From assembly GCA_964474885.1 (NCBI GenBank), contig CAYYWO010000003.1, positions 57,337-121,336 on the forward strand: 64,000 bases of DNA, in the 5' to 3' direction. Within the stretch, counting starts at the first letter, position 1. Each line of letters begins with the position of its first letter. The position numbers and the translations under genes are program-made. Of this stretch, positions 8,819 through 17,827 are shown piece by piece. A model generated the notes under the pieces. That model did not search any database and was not told where the DNA came from. It saw nothing but the letters and a program-made list of their open reading frames with translations. Origin of the DNA: Candidatus Hadarchaeota archaeon. GTDB lineage: Archaea; Hadarchaeota; Hadarchaeia; Hadarchaeales; JAWBSP01.

Positions 8819-10333
8819 CTAGCTCACTCTGATGCAATTCGCTGTGTGTGGAGGTATTATCAGCACATCCTTCCTCACCTTGACTTTGTTCCTCTCTATC
8901 CCAACGAGATCTGGATTCGATGGAGAGTTGGCCGCCCAGGGGCCCGCCGTACCCACGGTGAACGTCTCCCGCGCTTCCTCTTTCAGTCGAATCGTGACGC
9001 TCTCGCTGTAACTGCGGTTGACGATGAACACGGAGGTTCCTCTCCTATCTTCAACCGCAGCTGCATCGACCACGGGAGCCCGGAGCGACCGCGTCTCTAT
9101 CTCGGGCGAGTTAACGCGAACCTCCAAAACAGTATCCCGCAGGTTCTCCGCATACATCCTAAAAACGACGCCGGGAGGGGCCAGGTACGCCCCAGATTCG
9201 TGGGTCACGATCGAACCCAGAGCGTTGATCATTTGCGCGTAGTTGGCACAAAGCAGATTTTTTATCCGGAGCAGGGAGTTCAACATACAGGCCGTATAGA
9301 GGCCCTCCGCCACCGTGTAGTTGCACCTCCGGTGCGAGGGCAGATCGTATCTGACATTCCACTCATCCAGACAGAGGGGTACCTCCACCTCCTCCTGCAC
9401 TCTGAGGAGCATGCGCTCGGTCTTTATGTTCCCTGTCACCACCCAGTAGAAGTTCTCCTCCGTGGGTTTGGGCCTCCAGTGCCAGAGCCTCATGACATCC
9501 GGAAAGTAATCGTGGATCGAGAGTGCATCGATCTCATGCCCGGCGATCTTCAGAAGCCTCCGATTCCAGTCCTTCCAGTTCAGGGGATTAAAGAGGGGGC
9601 GCAAGGGTTCAAAAAGAGGACGGAGTAGCAAGCAGGGCAGGAGTTGCGCCCAGACACTTTCTCCCCATGGGATGCCAAGCCCGCAGGCTATGAGCTTTAT
9701 GTCCGGGTCGACCCTCCGCATGGCCCTCGCGAATTTCAGGAATTTCTCGCCATATTTCTCAGGGGAGCAGGATCCCTTCTCTAGGGGCATCCACTGTTCG
9801 TTCCCGATGCACCACAGCTTCACACCCCATGGCTCTCTCCTCCCCATGGAAGCCCTGACCCTGCCCCACCTAGTGCTGGGATCCCCATTGCAGAACTCCA
9901 CCCACTCAGCAGCTTCCTCAGGGGTACCGGTTCCAGCGTTCACCGTAAGCATCGGTTCGGCCCCAACAGCTTCACAGAACATGAGGAACTCTTGGGTTCC
10001 GAACTGATAGCTCTCCGGCTTGCCTATCCCGGATCCTGACCACCTCCAGTAGTAATTCGGCTTGACGGGCCTGGACTTCCTGGGACCAATCCCAAACTTC
10101 CAGTGGTAGTAATCGGCGGCACACCCACCCGGGAAGCGGATGACCTGCGGCCTGATGGACTTGACAAGTTCGAGCACGTCCTTCCTGATCCCGCCCAGCC
10201 ACAGGTTTGAGGGGGGCTGGCTTGGGTCCCAAATCCCGCCGTAGATGTTGTCCCCTAGGTTCTCCACGAAGTGTCCCAGTATCATGGGGGTTTTCCACAA
10301 CCTGCCTCCCAGCTGGATCTTAGCCTCGATCAT
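8819..10333 (-). CDS. GH51 alpha-L-arabinofuranosidase-like glycoside hydrolase.
   Basis: 'IRFPGGCAADYYHWKFGIGP', 'WCIGNEQW' and 'LCLDEWNVRY' mirror the conserved GH51 blocks (IRYPGG.., WCLGNE, acid/base and nucleophile Glu regions). The start is trimmed to M46 ('MIEAKIQ'); the track N-terminus is low-complexity and overlaps the LmbE gene. Confidence 0.7.
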   Translation of the reverse strand: MIEAKIQLGGRLWKTPMILGHFVENLGDNIYGGIWDPSQPPSNLWLGGIRKDVLELVKSIRPQVIRFPGGCAADYYHWKFGIGPRKSRPVKPNYYWRWSGSGIGKPESYQFGTQEFLMFCEAVGAEPMLTVNAGTGTPEEAAEWVEFCNGDPSTRWGRVRASMGRREPWGVKLWCIGNEQWMPLEKGSCSPEKYGEKFLKFARAMRRVDPDIKLIACGLGIPWGESVWAQLLPCLLLRPLFEPLRPLFNPLNWKDWNRRLLKIAGHEIDALSIHDYFPDVMRLWHWRPKPTEENFYWVVTGNIKTERMLLRVQEEVEVPLCLDEWNVRYDLPSHRRCNYTVAEGLYTACMLNSLLRIKNLLCANYAQMINALGSIVTHESGAYLAPPGVVFRMYAENLRDTVLEVRVNSPEIETRSLRAPVVDAAAVEDRRGTSVFIVNRSYSESVTIRLKEEARETFTVGTAGPWAANSPSNPDLVGIERNKVKVRKDVLIIPPHTANCIRVS

Positions 10334-10922
10334 GTACTTCCCGGAAACTTTCGAAGGAGGAGAAGATTCTCCACCTCCCCTTGGTTGCGAGCGGGAGGAG
10401 AAAGGACCAGACGTACCATTGGCTCCTGTGGAACATGATTGCGCGCATCTTCTCTTTCCTGAAAGCACGTATGTCCACGCGGAGGTTCGGTCGAAGCGAG
10501 TGGTAGAGCCTGACTGGGCGGAAGCTCAGGGAAAGCTTCCCGACGAACAGGTGGTCCGGATGCAGGTAGTATGGGGTCTCGGGCTCAGGGGCGTAGATGA
10601 GATCGGGGGACTCCCTCCGGACGGACCGAACTATGGGCTGACCATCGTCCCGCTTCAGCTCCCCGTCCATCAACCCCAGAGGCCTTATCTCAATGTTGAG
10701 GAAGCGGGCGGCCGATTCGGCCTCCGCCCTCCTCCTTTTTCCGACATCCTTAAGGGGTTTTCCACCTGAAAGAGAGACTGCAAAATTCTCCGGGCACCCC
10801 TTCTGTCCATCGGTCACCAAGATTTCAACGACCTCATCCCCCCGGGCCAGATGCTTGAGCACCGTGCCCCCGACGAACAGTTCTAAATCGTCTGGATGAG
10901 GGGAGAGGACCACAACTTTCAT
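10320..10922 (-). CDS. LmbE/PIG-L family N-acetylglucosaminyl deacetylase.
   Basis: 'VVVLSPHPDDLELFVGGTVL...VTDG' at the N-terminus is the PIG-L/LmbE signature (HPDDE motif). Confidence 0.65.
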   Translation of the reverse strand: MKVVVLSPHPDDLELFVGGTVLKHLARGDEVVEILVTDGQKGCPENFAVSLSGGKPLKDVGKRRRAEAESAARFLNIEIRPLGLMDGELKRDDGQPIVRSVRRESPDLIYAPEPETPYYLHPDHLFVGKLSLSFRPVRLYHSLRPNLRVDIRAFRKEKMRAIMFHRSQWYVWSFLLPLATKGRWRIFSSFESFREVHDRG

Positions 10923-10941
10923 TCACTAGTCTGACGAAAGT

Positions 10942-11151
10942 TTGATAATGGGAGCAGTGATAGGAGGACAAAATCTCCTGAAAGGGAGGAGGAAAGCCCT
11001 GGCGGAGGCGGCCAGGGATTTGGGCCCGGATCAGCTGAAGAGGGTGGAGGAGCTCCTAAAAAGCTGGAGCGATGAGAACAGAGCGGAGCTGACCAAGCTC
11101 TTGGGGCCGGACCGGGCGAAGCGTCTACTCAGAGACTTGGGGATCGTTTGA
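10942..11151 (+). CDS. Hypothetical small protein (69 aa).
   Basis: An ORF in an otherwise tight gap. It is charged and helical with no recognisable family. Confidence 0.25.
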   Translation: MIMGAVIGGQNLLKGRRKALAEAARDLGPDQLKRVEELLKSWSDENRAELTKLLGPDRAKRLLRDLGIV

Positions 11152-11776
11152 GCAGGCGCATCCTCCTGACGAGTAGGAACTTGACCTCCTCCCAAGGGGA
11201 GAAGAGGCGGGCCGGGCCTATTCTGGTTCTGCCCTTCCTGATGGCCTCGAGGACGCCTTCCATGCTAGATGCCTCAACGAGGGTGTAGGCTCTCCCCAGA
11301 GTCTCTAGGAGGTGGGCATCGGATCCGGCGGTCATGGGTTTCCCCAGCTCTCTGCAGACCTGTAGAGCCCTCGCGTTCCTGGAAAAGATGTGGGGATTGA
11401 GGACCTCGATGGCATCCAAGTCCAGGCGCCTTATAGCGTCCTTCAGACTGGATCTGCCCACTGCATACGGATGAGCGGCCACGGCGATGCCTCCCTTCTC
11501 GTGTATCAGCTCGACGGTTTCCTCCGGGGACAGACCAGCTGGTATGTCCTCCACCACGCCGAGACCTAGGATGTCCCCTTTTGCGGAGCGCACCTCAATC
11601 CCGGGTAGCACGAAGTCCTTGTCGATTTTTCTCCCGACTAAGCTCCCCCGAACGGTATTGTGATCTGTTATGGCTATGCCGTCTAGCCCGATTTTCCTCC
11701 CCCACCTGATGAGTTCCTTGGGAGTGGGGATGGCATCCTCCGAGTAGACTGAGTGGACGTGCAGGTCGATCTTCAT
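11129..11776 (-). CDS. PHP-domain metal-dependent phosphoesterase.
   Basis: 'MKIDLHVHSVYS' is the PHP motif I. There are further His/Asp motifs, and the length is about 215 aa. Confidence 0.65.
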   Translation of the reverse strand: MKIDLHVHSVYSEDAIPTPKELIRWGRKIGLDGIAITDHNTVRGSLVGRKIDKDFVLPGIEVRSAKGDILGLGVVEDIPAGLSPEETVELIHEKGGIAVAAHPYAVGRSSLKDAIRRLDLDAIEVLNPHIFSRNARALQVCRELGKPMTAGSDAHLLETLGRAYTLVEASSMEGVLEAIRKGRTRIGPARLFSPWEEVKFLLVRRMRLLKRSPSL

Positions 11777-11798
11777 ATCAAAAGCCTCGCACTAGCTT

Positions 11799-12410
11799 AT
11801 GATGGCAACCGCTGGTTTTGACGAGGCTGGCAGGGGGCCGATTCTAGGGCCGATGGTCCTCTGCGGGGTCAGCTTTGCACGTGAGGTGCTCCCGGATCTG
11901 AAAAGAGCCGGGGTGAGGGACTCCAAGCAGGTCGGCCCGAAAAAGAGAGAAGACTTAGCCAAACTCATCCAGGGACTTGCCACAGACATCAGAGTGGTGG
12001 AGCTCTGGCCCAGGGAAATCGACGAGCTGAGGACCTGCAAGAACCTGAACGAGATAGAAGCGGAGGTCTTTGCCAGGATGATCGACGAGCTCCAGCCCGA
12101 GGTGGCATTCATAGACTCCCCCGATCCGAGACCGGAGCTCTTCCTCTTCAGAATGGAACGGTATCTGCGCAGTAAGCCTAAATTGGTCGTGGAGAACGGA
12201 GCCGACCGAAAATACGTGGAGGTCTCGGCGGCCTCAATAGTGGCTAAAGTGACCAGGGAGGCAAGGATACAGGAACTCCACCAAAAGTACGGGGATTTTG
12301 GGTCGGGTTACCTGACGGATCCAAAAACCGTCTCCTTCTTGAAAAAATGGTTGAGGGAGAAGGGGATGTATCCGAGTTTTGCTAGGAGGTCTTGGAAATT
12401 CTCTCTGTAA
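11799..12410 (+). CDS. rnhB: Ribonuclease HII.
   Basis: 'AGFDEAGRGPILGPMV' and 'IDSPD' are the RNase HII catalytic motifs. The length is about 203 aa. Confidence 0.8.
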   Translation: MMATAGFDEAGRGPILGPMVLCGVSFAREVLPDLKRAGVRDSKQVGPKKREDLAKLIQGLATDIRVVELWPREIDELRTCKNLNEIEAEVFARMIDELQPEVAFIDSPDPRPELFLFRMERYLRSKPKLVVENGADRKYVEVSAASIVAKVTREARIQELHQKYGDFGSGYLTDPKTVSFLKKWLREKGMYPSFARRSWKFSL

Positions 12411-12499
12411 TAATTAGCGGCCTGCCTCTGTCCCATCCATTGAGGGCGATGATGGAGGGTGTTACGGTGCAAAGTGCCACCAACACATCCATTACACCG

Positions 12500-12960
12500 T
12501 CCACATCGCCGCCTGTTAGGTGAGCCCCCCTTACCAAACTAAGTCCGTGACGCTCCAAGCCGGCAGCCCGGAAATTGAAGCCCCTGTCGCGCGCCGTGGT
12601 TAGCTCCGGGTCACAGCGGGGTGGTCCACCAAGGGCTTCCCGGAGGCCTGGCGGGCGCGCCTTGTGGGGCTCTAAAAATTAACCGACGGATCAAAAAAGG
12701 GCCCCGCTGTCCCCCAGCACACTAACCCCGGGGCTCATAGGTTGCCTTTCCGGCGTCCTCCGCCCGGTAACCCTCGTGGTGGGGCGAGCGGGGCCAACCC
12801 CGCCTGTCACGCGCCAGGGTTGACCCGAGTTCATAGCGAGGTGGTCCACCAATTTGCTCCCCGAGGACCCATTGGCGCGCCTTCACGGCGGGGTGGCTCC
12901 AGTGTCCCCGCGACGATGCACCGGTGATCCCTTGTCACACCAGCTCTCGCTTCCCGCGGG
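12500..12960. ncRNA. Candidate structured non-coding RNA of unknown identity (possibly an RNase P RNA, SRP RNA or 5S-like element). GC-rich, with two ~77 nt repeat units.
   Basis: A ~600 nt gap with no credible ORF and much higher GC than its surroundings. Unit A (12585-12661) and unit B (12818-12893) both run GYCRCGCGCC...GGUGGUCCACCAA...GGCGCGCC, with internal complementarity (GCGCGCC/GGCGCGC and CUCCGGG/CCCGGAG). 'CCCGGAAAUUGAAGCC' resembles the 5S loop C 'CCCGGAAGUUAAGCC'. Strand and ends are unknown. Confidence 0.25.
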
Positions 12961-13030
12961 ATATCCCCATCATCGCCAACTAACTTCTTTCTCTGTCCAA
13001 AAAATGTTATTTTTTCGCTCAAGAGTTGCT

Positions 13031-13435
13031 ATGGAGGAAGACTGGGAACTTCGGCAGATAAGGTTGAAGAAGATGGGAGAGATGCTCACCCGGGAGGAGC
13101 GAGGAGCAGGGCATGAGGCCAAAGTGCACGAAATATCGGACGACGAATTCGACCGAATTGTCCAAGAAAAGGAGTACGTCCTCGTTGACTTCTGGGCACC
13201 TTGGTGCCCCCCATGTCTCATGATAGCACCGATCGTGGAAGAGCTGGCAAGGCAGTACCCGCAGGTCTTCTTTGCGAAGATAAATGTCGATCAGCACCAG
13301 AGGGTAGCCACGAGGTACGGCATCATGAGCATACCCACCCTGCTCCTGTTTAAGAGAGGCAAGCTAGTAGACCAGCAAATCGGAGCGGTCCCCAAGAGTA
13401 GGCTGGAGGAGAAGATCCGGAAGTTGCTGGGATAA
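13031..13435 (+). CDS. Thioredoxin.
   Basis: 'DFWAPWCPPCLMIAP' is the WCPPC active site. The start is trimmed to ATG 13031 ('MEEDWEL'); the track ORF begins at 12854 inside the GC-rich ncRNA-like region. Confidence 0.75.
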   Translation: MEEDWELRQIRLKKMGEMLTREERGAGHEAKVHEISDDEFDRIVQEKEYVLVDFWAPWCPPCLMIAPIVEELARQYPQVFFAKINVDQHQRVATRYGIMSIPTLLLFKRGKLVDQQIGAVPKSRLEEKIRKLLG

Positions 13436-13458
13436 TTTATCTGCTTAGAGTTTCATGG

Positions 13459-14502
13459 ATGAAAATTGCTATCGTCTGCCCTCCCTGGATTAGAGTACCC
13501 CCTGAGGAGTACGGGGGGATAGAGTACGTTGTTTGGTTGCTGGCCGACGGCCTGGTGGATCGGGGGCATGAGGTGACCCTTTTTTCCGTGGCAGGCTCCC
13601 AGACTAAGGGTAAGCTGCGCTGGGTTTTCGAGGGACCCAGACTGGATACTCTGAAGAAAGTCTCACCAATCTTCCTCACGGAGGCGCTGACTCATTCGAT
13701 AGCGGCTTATGACGAGATAAGAAGAGGGGACTTCGATCTCGTCAGCGACCACACGTGGAAGGAGGGCTTGGCTTCTGCCCGCTTCTTGGATATCCCCGTC
13801 GTCCACACCATACACGGGCCAATGGGGGAAGAAAACAAAAGGTTCTACAGCATGTTCAGGGGGGTACCGCATATACATTTCGTCACCATAAGCAACCATC
13901 AGCGGAAGTGCTTGCCGGATTTGAATTATGCAGGGACGGTTTACAACGGCATTCGTGTCAGAGACTTCCCCTTTTACGAGGAGAAAGAAGACTATCTCCT
14001 TTACTTGGGTAGGTTCAACCCGGAAAAGGCACCCCATTTGGCATGCGAGGCGGCAAAGAAGCTGGGGAAAAGGTTGATCTTGGCGGGGAAGGTGCGCGAG
14101 CCCGCTGAGCAGAAGTATTTCGAGGAGTTCGTCAGACCGCGTTTGGGCCCTGAGATGGTTTTCGAGGGGGAGGTTTCAGATGGAAGGAAGAAGGAGCTCC
14201 TGTCCAGAGCCTCTGCTCTCCTCGTCCCAATTCAGTGGGATGAGCCCTTTGGGATAGTCATGATAGAGGCCATGGCTTGCGGGACTCCCGTTGTGGCCTT
14301 TGCGCGGGGGGCAGCTCCGGAACTCGTGAGGGAGGGAGAAACGGGGTACCTGGCTAAGGATTTTAAAGAGTTTGTGGAGAAAATTGGAAAAGTTGATCAG
14401 ATTGAGCCAAAGAGTTGCAGGAAGTGGGTGGAGCGGCAGTTCAATGAGGATGTCATGGTTGCCAAGTACGAAGAAGTCTTCAAGAGAGTCTTGGGAAGAT
14501 AA
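13459..14502 (+). CDS. GT4-family glycosyltransferase.
   Basis: 'MKIAIVCPPW...GGIEYVVWLLADGLVDRGHEVTLF' is a GT-B N-terminus. The C-terminal 'EPFGIVMIEAMACGTPVVA' is the GT4 E-x7-E region. Confidence 0.7.
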   Translation: MKIAIVCPPWIRVPPEEYGGIEYVVWLLADGLVDRGHEVTLFSVAGSQTKGKLRWVFEGPRLDTLKKVSPIFLTEALTHSIAAYDEIRRGDFDLVSDHTWKEGLASARFLDIPVVHTIHGPMGEENKRFYSMFRGVPHIHFVTISNHQRKCLPDLNYAGTVYNGIRVRDFPFYEEKEDYLLYLGRFNPEKAPHLACEAAKKLGKRLILAGKVREPAEQKYFEEFVRPRLGPEMVFEGEVSDGRKKELLSRASALLVPIQWDEPFGIVMIEAMACGTPVVAFARGAAPELVREGETGYLAKDFKEFVEKIGKVDQIEPKSCRKWVERQFNEDVMVAKYEEVFKRVLGR

Positions 14503-16765
14503 CTGGCTCATAAGAGAGGTCGGCTGGGAAGAAGCCAAGCAAAGGTTCTATGAGGCGATTTTTGCCCTGAGCAACGGGTACCTGGGCCTCAGGGGGAGCT
14601 TGGAGGAGATACCCAGGGGCTCTTACCCGGGAACGTACATTGCCGGGGTCTACGATGACTATGGGCTTGAGGTTCCGGAGATCGTGAACCTGCCAAACCC
14701 TCTAATGGTTGAGATCGAGACGGATGCCGGAAGGCTGGGCGTGGGGAAGGGCGAGTTCTTCGATCACGACCGGATTCTCGACATGAGGAATGCTACGCTT
14801 TGGCGCTGGACGACCTTCCGGGATGAGAAAGGCCGCTCGTACCGATACGAGTCCTGCAGGTTCGTCAGCATGGTCGATCCGCACTTGGTCGTCCAACATT
14901 TCTCCATCAGGCCCCTCGATGGACCTTGTGAGATCGAGTTACGGACTGGAGTGGACGCGACCACGAAAAATGAGATGAGGCCCTTTGGGGGCCCGATCGC
15001 GCACTATGAGATAGCCAAAATATGGAAGAAGAGGCCGACCTTACTGGTCCGCACCAAAAGAACGGGACTTTGGATCGCCTATTCTTGGCTCTGCAGGTTC
15101 TCGGGCGGGAGGTTGCTAGAGCGGTGCACAGTCTTCAAGGACAAGAAGCTCCTGGAGTGTTTCAGGGTCAAGATCCCCAAAGACAAAGTCTGCTCGATTG
15201 ACAGATTTTCCTACATTGTTGCAGGCCCCTCCAGAAAGGTTGCCCGGATGGCGAGAAGGGGTGCCCAAACGTCCGCCTCGCGGGGCTTTCGGGAAATCCA
15301 CGATCTCCATTCCAGGAAGTGGAGGGAGAAGTGGGAGGTGGCTAACGTCGAGATAGAGGGAGACAAGCAGTGTGACTTGGCACTCAGGTTTTGCATCTAC
15401 CACCTCTGTTCGGCCCTAAGCGACAGGGACTTCGACGTGAGCATTCCTGCGAAGGCGCTGACAGGGGAGTGGTACGGCGGGCACGTTTTCTGGGATACGG
15501 AGATTTTCATGTTGCCCTTCTACGCGCTGACCTTCCCCCATCTGGCGAAGCACCTCCTGCTATACAGGTACCGCAGGCTGGATGAGGCGAGGAACAAGGC
15601 AAGACGGATGGGCTATGCGGGTGCCCTCTTTCCCTGGGAGTCGGCACAAACCGGCGAAGAGGTCACGCCCAGACGCTGGAGGGATTTTAACGGGAGGGTG
15701 GTAAAGGTCCTGACTGCGGACAGGGAGCAACACATAGCCTCGGATGTGATGTATGCTCTCCGGACGTACCTGCTGGCGACTGGAGACTGGAAGTTCATGA
15801 GGCAGGCGGGTGCGGAGATGCTGTTCGAGACGGCCAGATTCTGGGCCAGCCGGGTCAGGCGTAACCGCAAGACTGGGGAGTACGAGATAAGGGGCGTAAT
15901 AGGCCCAAATGAGTTCCAGGAGTGCGTGGACAACAACGCCTTCACGAACTACTCGGCTCGGTGGTGCCTGCGGTGGGCGGCGGAGATATACAGGGAGCTC
16001 TCACTGAAGTATCCCTCAGATCTGAGGAGGATAAGCAGGAAGATCCGTCTGGATCCCTCAGAGGTAGAGAACTGGGTCAACATAGCGGGCAAAATCAGAT
16101 TCCCGCAAAGGCCCGACGGTCTGATTGAGGAATTCGATGGATACTTCGGCTTGAAAGATGTCCAAGTGAAGTTTGACAGACAGGGGATGCCAACTTGGCC
16201 GGGGGAAGTCCCCCTGCCCGAGGTCCGGCACACGAGGTTGGTAAAGCAGGCGGATGTGGTCTTGTTGCTTGCGCTCTTCAGGGATGAGTTCGATAAGGCA
16301 ACCAAGGCGAAGAACTTGGATTTCTACGAGCGCAGATGCGTGCACAAGTCCTCCCTGAGTCCGGCGGCACACGGCCTCGTGGCGGCCGATATAGGTGACG
16401 CAAACCGTGCCTTAAGATATTTCAAGTTCGCCTCTTGTCTCGACCTTTTTGACCTGCACCAGAACACTGGAAAGGGTATACATGGGGCGGTAATGGGTTC
16501 GGCTTGGCAGCTAGCCATTTTTGGCTTCGGTGGTGTGCGCCTGGGGGAGAAATTGAGCGTGAATCCGCTGCTTCCCCCGGGATGGCATTCCATTCGATTC
16601 AAGCTCAGGTGGAGGGGGAACCTACTAGAGGTTCACGCTACGAGTCGGGAAGTGAGGGTCAAGGGTGTGAAGACGCGGGGCCCCGTGAGCCTTGAGGTTC
16701 TTGGGAAACGAGTAACAGTTACCGAAAACTCCATTGTATCTTCGCGGTATGTAGAGGAACAGTAA
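14444..16765 (+). CDS. GH65 glycoside hydrolase/phosphorylase (maltose-, trehalose- or kojibiose-phosphorylase-like).
   Basis: An N-terminal beta-sandwich ('FALSNGYLGLRG'), an (alpha/alpha)6 catalytic domain and a C-terminal domain; about 770 aa. No ATG follows the GT4 stop (14502). The start is assigned to ATG 14444 or 14450 inside the GT4 3' end. The track ORF starts at 14372. Confidence 0.7.
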   Translation: MRMSWLPSTKKSSRESWEDNWLIREVGWEEAKQRFYEAIFALSNGYLGLRGSLEEIPRGSYPGTYIAGVYDDYGLEVPEIVNLPNPLMVEIETDAGRLGVGKGEFFDHDRILDMRNATLWRWTTFRDEKGRSYRYESCRFVSMVDPHLVVQHFSIRPLDGPCEIELRTGVDATTKNEMRPFGGPIAHYEIAKIWKKRPTLLVRTKRTGLWIAYSWLCRFSGGRLLERCTVFKDKKLLECFRVKIPKDKVCSIDRFSYIVAGPSRKVARMARRGAQTSASRGFREIHDLHSRKWREKWEVANVEIEGDKQCDLALRFCIYHLCSALSDRDFDVSIPAKALTGEWYGGHVFWDTEIFMLPFYALTFPHLAKHLLLYRYRRLDEARNKARRMGYAGALFPWESAQTGEEVTPRRWRDFNGRVVKVLTADREQHIASDVMYALRTYLLATGDWKFMRQAGAEMLFETARFWASRVRRNRKTGEYEIRGVIGPNEFQECVDNNAFTNYSARWCLRWAAEIYRELSLKYPSDLRRISRKIRLDPSEVENWVNIAGKIRFPQRPDGLIEEFDGYFGLKDVQVKFDRQGMPTWPGEVPLPEVRHTRLVKQADVVLLLALFRDEFDKATKAKNLDFYERRCVHKSSLSPAAHGLVAADIGDANRALRYFKFASCLDLFDLHQNTGKGIHGAVMGSAWQLAIFGFGGVRLGEKLSVNPLLPPGWHSIRFKLRWRGNLLEVHATSREVRVKGVKTRGPVSLEVLGKRVTVTENSIVSSRYVEEQ

Positions 16766-16849
16766 GCGGACAGTTATTTCCCGACGACTTGTCAGGAATT
16801 GACACCGATTTCAAGGCGAGCCTGAAGACAAGGGTGATGTAAACTTAAC

Positions 16850-16985
16850 AAATAAACAGTTTATGCGAAGTGTATAACAAAATAAACAGTTGGCTCAAAG
16901 TGTTTATAACAATAAAACACTTGCGAGGCGTGTTTGCAACAAAATAAACAGTTGACATGAACTGTGATAATAGATAACAGTTGTT
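16850..16985. promoter_or_regulatory. AT-rich region upstream of the beta-PGM gene with three copies of AAATAAACAGTT, the palindrome AAGTGTTT-N9-AAACACTT, GTGTTTGCAACAAA and the palindrome AACAGTTGTT. Candidate operator cluster.
   Basis: Read directly from the sequence. It shares the AAACACTT/AAGTGTTT half-sites and the TTTGTTGCAAACAC element (reverse complement) with 8630-8729. Confidence 0.4.
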
Positions 16986-17056
16986 ACCAAGTTTCACCCT
17001 CACTTTACGGTGACAGGAGAGATGTTACAGCCTAATGAGGCGGTGACAAAGTTTGA

Positions 17057-17827
17057 ATGAGAGTCGAGGACAGAGTCGCGTTCATCTGGGACATCGATGG
17101 TGTGGTCGTGGATAGTCCCCATGAGCACGCTTGGAGGCAGACGGCACTAAGATGGGGGGCGAAAGAGCTGACTCCGGAGTTCTACTTCCAGCACGTTGCG
17201 AGCAAACCTAGGTATGTCGGGGGTCACGCGATACTGGAGCTCCTAGGCATATACGAAAAGCACGGTGCAACAGATGAACCCTCCCGCAAAGAACTCTTAG
17301 CCCGCTTCTGCGAGGAAAAGAACCGGATGATTCAGCAGCTGATCAGAGAGGGGAAGTTTGAGGTTTTCAAGGATGCCGTCGGATTGCTCCTTCAAGCGAG
17401 GAAACGTGGAGTAAAGCAAGCTGCAGCCTCAGCTTCGAAAAACGCGAGGCCCATGCTGGAGAGAGTAGACGATGAGAGGTTGAGGCAGTTGGGTTTCGGG
17501 GATCTCATCGGGGACATTAAACGCCTGTATCAGGCATTCGAGGTCGATGTCTGCGGCCTAGATATCGAGGAAAAGGCAGGGATTCAGCGTTTCGCGGCGG
17601 AGCGGTTGAAGGAGAAGTTCCCCTCCCTCGCACACTTTGTGGTCTTTGAGGATGCACCGGCGGGGGTGGGAGCTGCACATCAACTCGGATTTTTTGCAGT
17701 CGGTGTTAGGCGCATAGGGAGTCGGGAGGAGCTGGTCCGAGCGGGAGCGGATGTGGTAGTGGACTCCCTGACGGAACTGACCTTAGATCAGCTGTTACGG
17801 CAGGTATCCAAGAAGTTCAGCCTTTAG
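17057..17827 (+). CDS. HAD-superfamily beta-phosphoglucomutase-like hydrolase.
   Basis: '[20 protein letters not shown]' is HAD motif I (DxDG). It sits next to the GH65 phosphorylase, the classic GH65 plus beta-PGM pairing. Confidence 0.6.
   Translation: MRVEDRVAFIWDIDGVVVDSPHEHAWRQTALRWGAKELTPEFYFQHVASKPRYVGGHAILELLGIYEKHGATDEPSRKELLARFCEEKNRMIQQLIREGKFEVFKDAVGLLLQARKRGVKQAAASASKNARPMLERVDDERLRQLGFGDLIGDIKRLYQAFEVDVCGLDIEEKAGIQRFAAERLKEKFPSLAHFVVFEDAPAGVGAAHQLGFFAVGVRRIGSREELVRAGADVVVDSLTELTLDQLLRQVSKKFSL

Noticed and set aside
8846-9628. A 260 aa plus-strand ORF inside the GH51 gene. Other long antisense or shadow ORFs occur at 4902-5603, 9972-10298, 13663-14037, 19005-19538, 24749-25312, 25649-26338 and 29951-30517.
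   Set aside because: They lie entirely within, and antisense to, genes with strong homology-style signatures. Their composition is Pro/Arg/Ser-rich, typical of GC-rich shadow frames.
11776-11799. Possible regulatory element in the 22 nt divergent gap between the PHP gene (minus) and rnhB (plus).
   Set aside because: It is too short to evaluate, and no repeat or palindrome was noticed.
12560-12640. A canonical 5S rRNA call based on the CCCGGAAAUUGAAGCC loop-C-like motif.
   Set aside because: The helix II/III partners and the order of motifs do not give a 120 nt 5S cloverleaf. It is kept only as a motif resemblance within the ncRNA candidate.
12742-13022. Track ORFs 12742-12927 (+) and 12831-13022 (-) in the GC-rich gap.
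   Set aside because: Their Pro/Gly/Arg-rich composition is what any GC-rich RNA-like sequence produces. The region is better explained as a structured ncRNA.
16850-16960. CRISPR array suggested by the repeated AAATAAACAGTT.
   Set aside because: Only three short (12 nt) AT-rich direct repeats with irregular spacers. There are no cas genes, and the elements are interleaved with palindromes. An operator array is more consistent.
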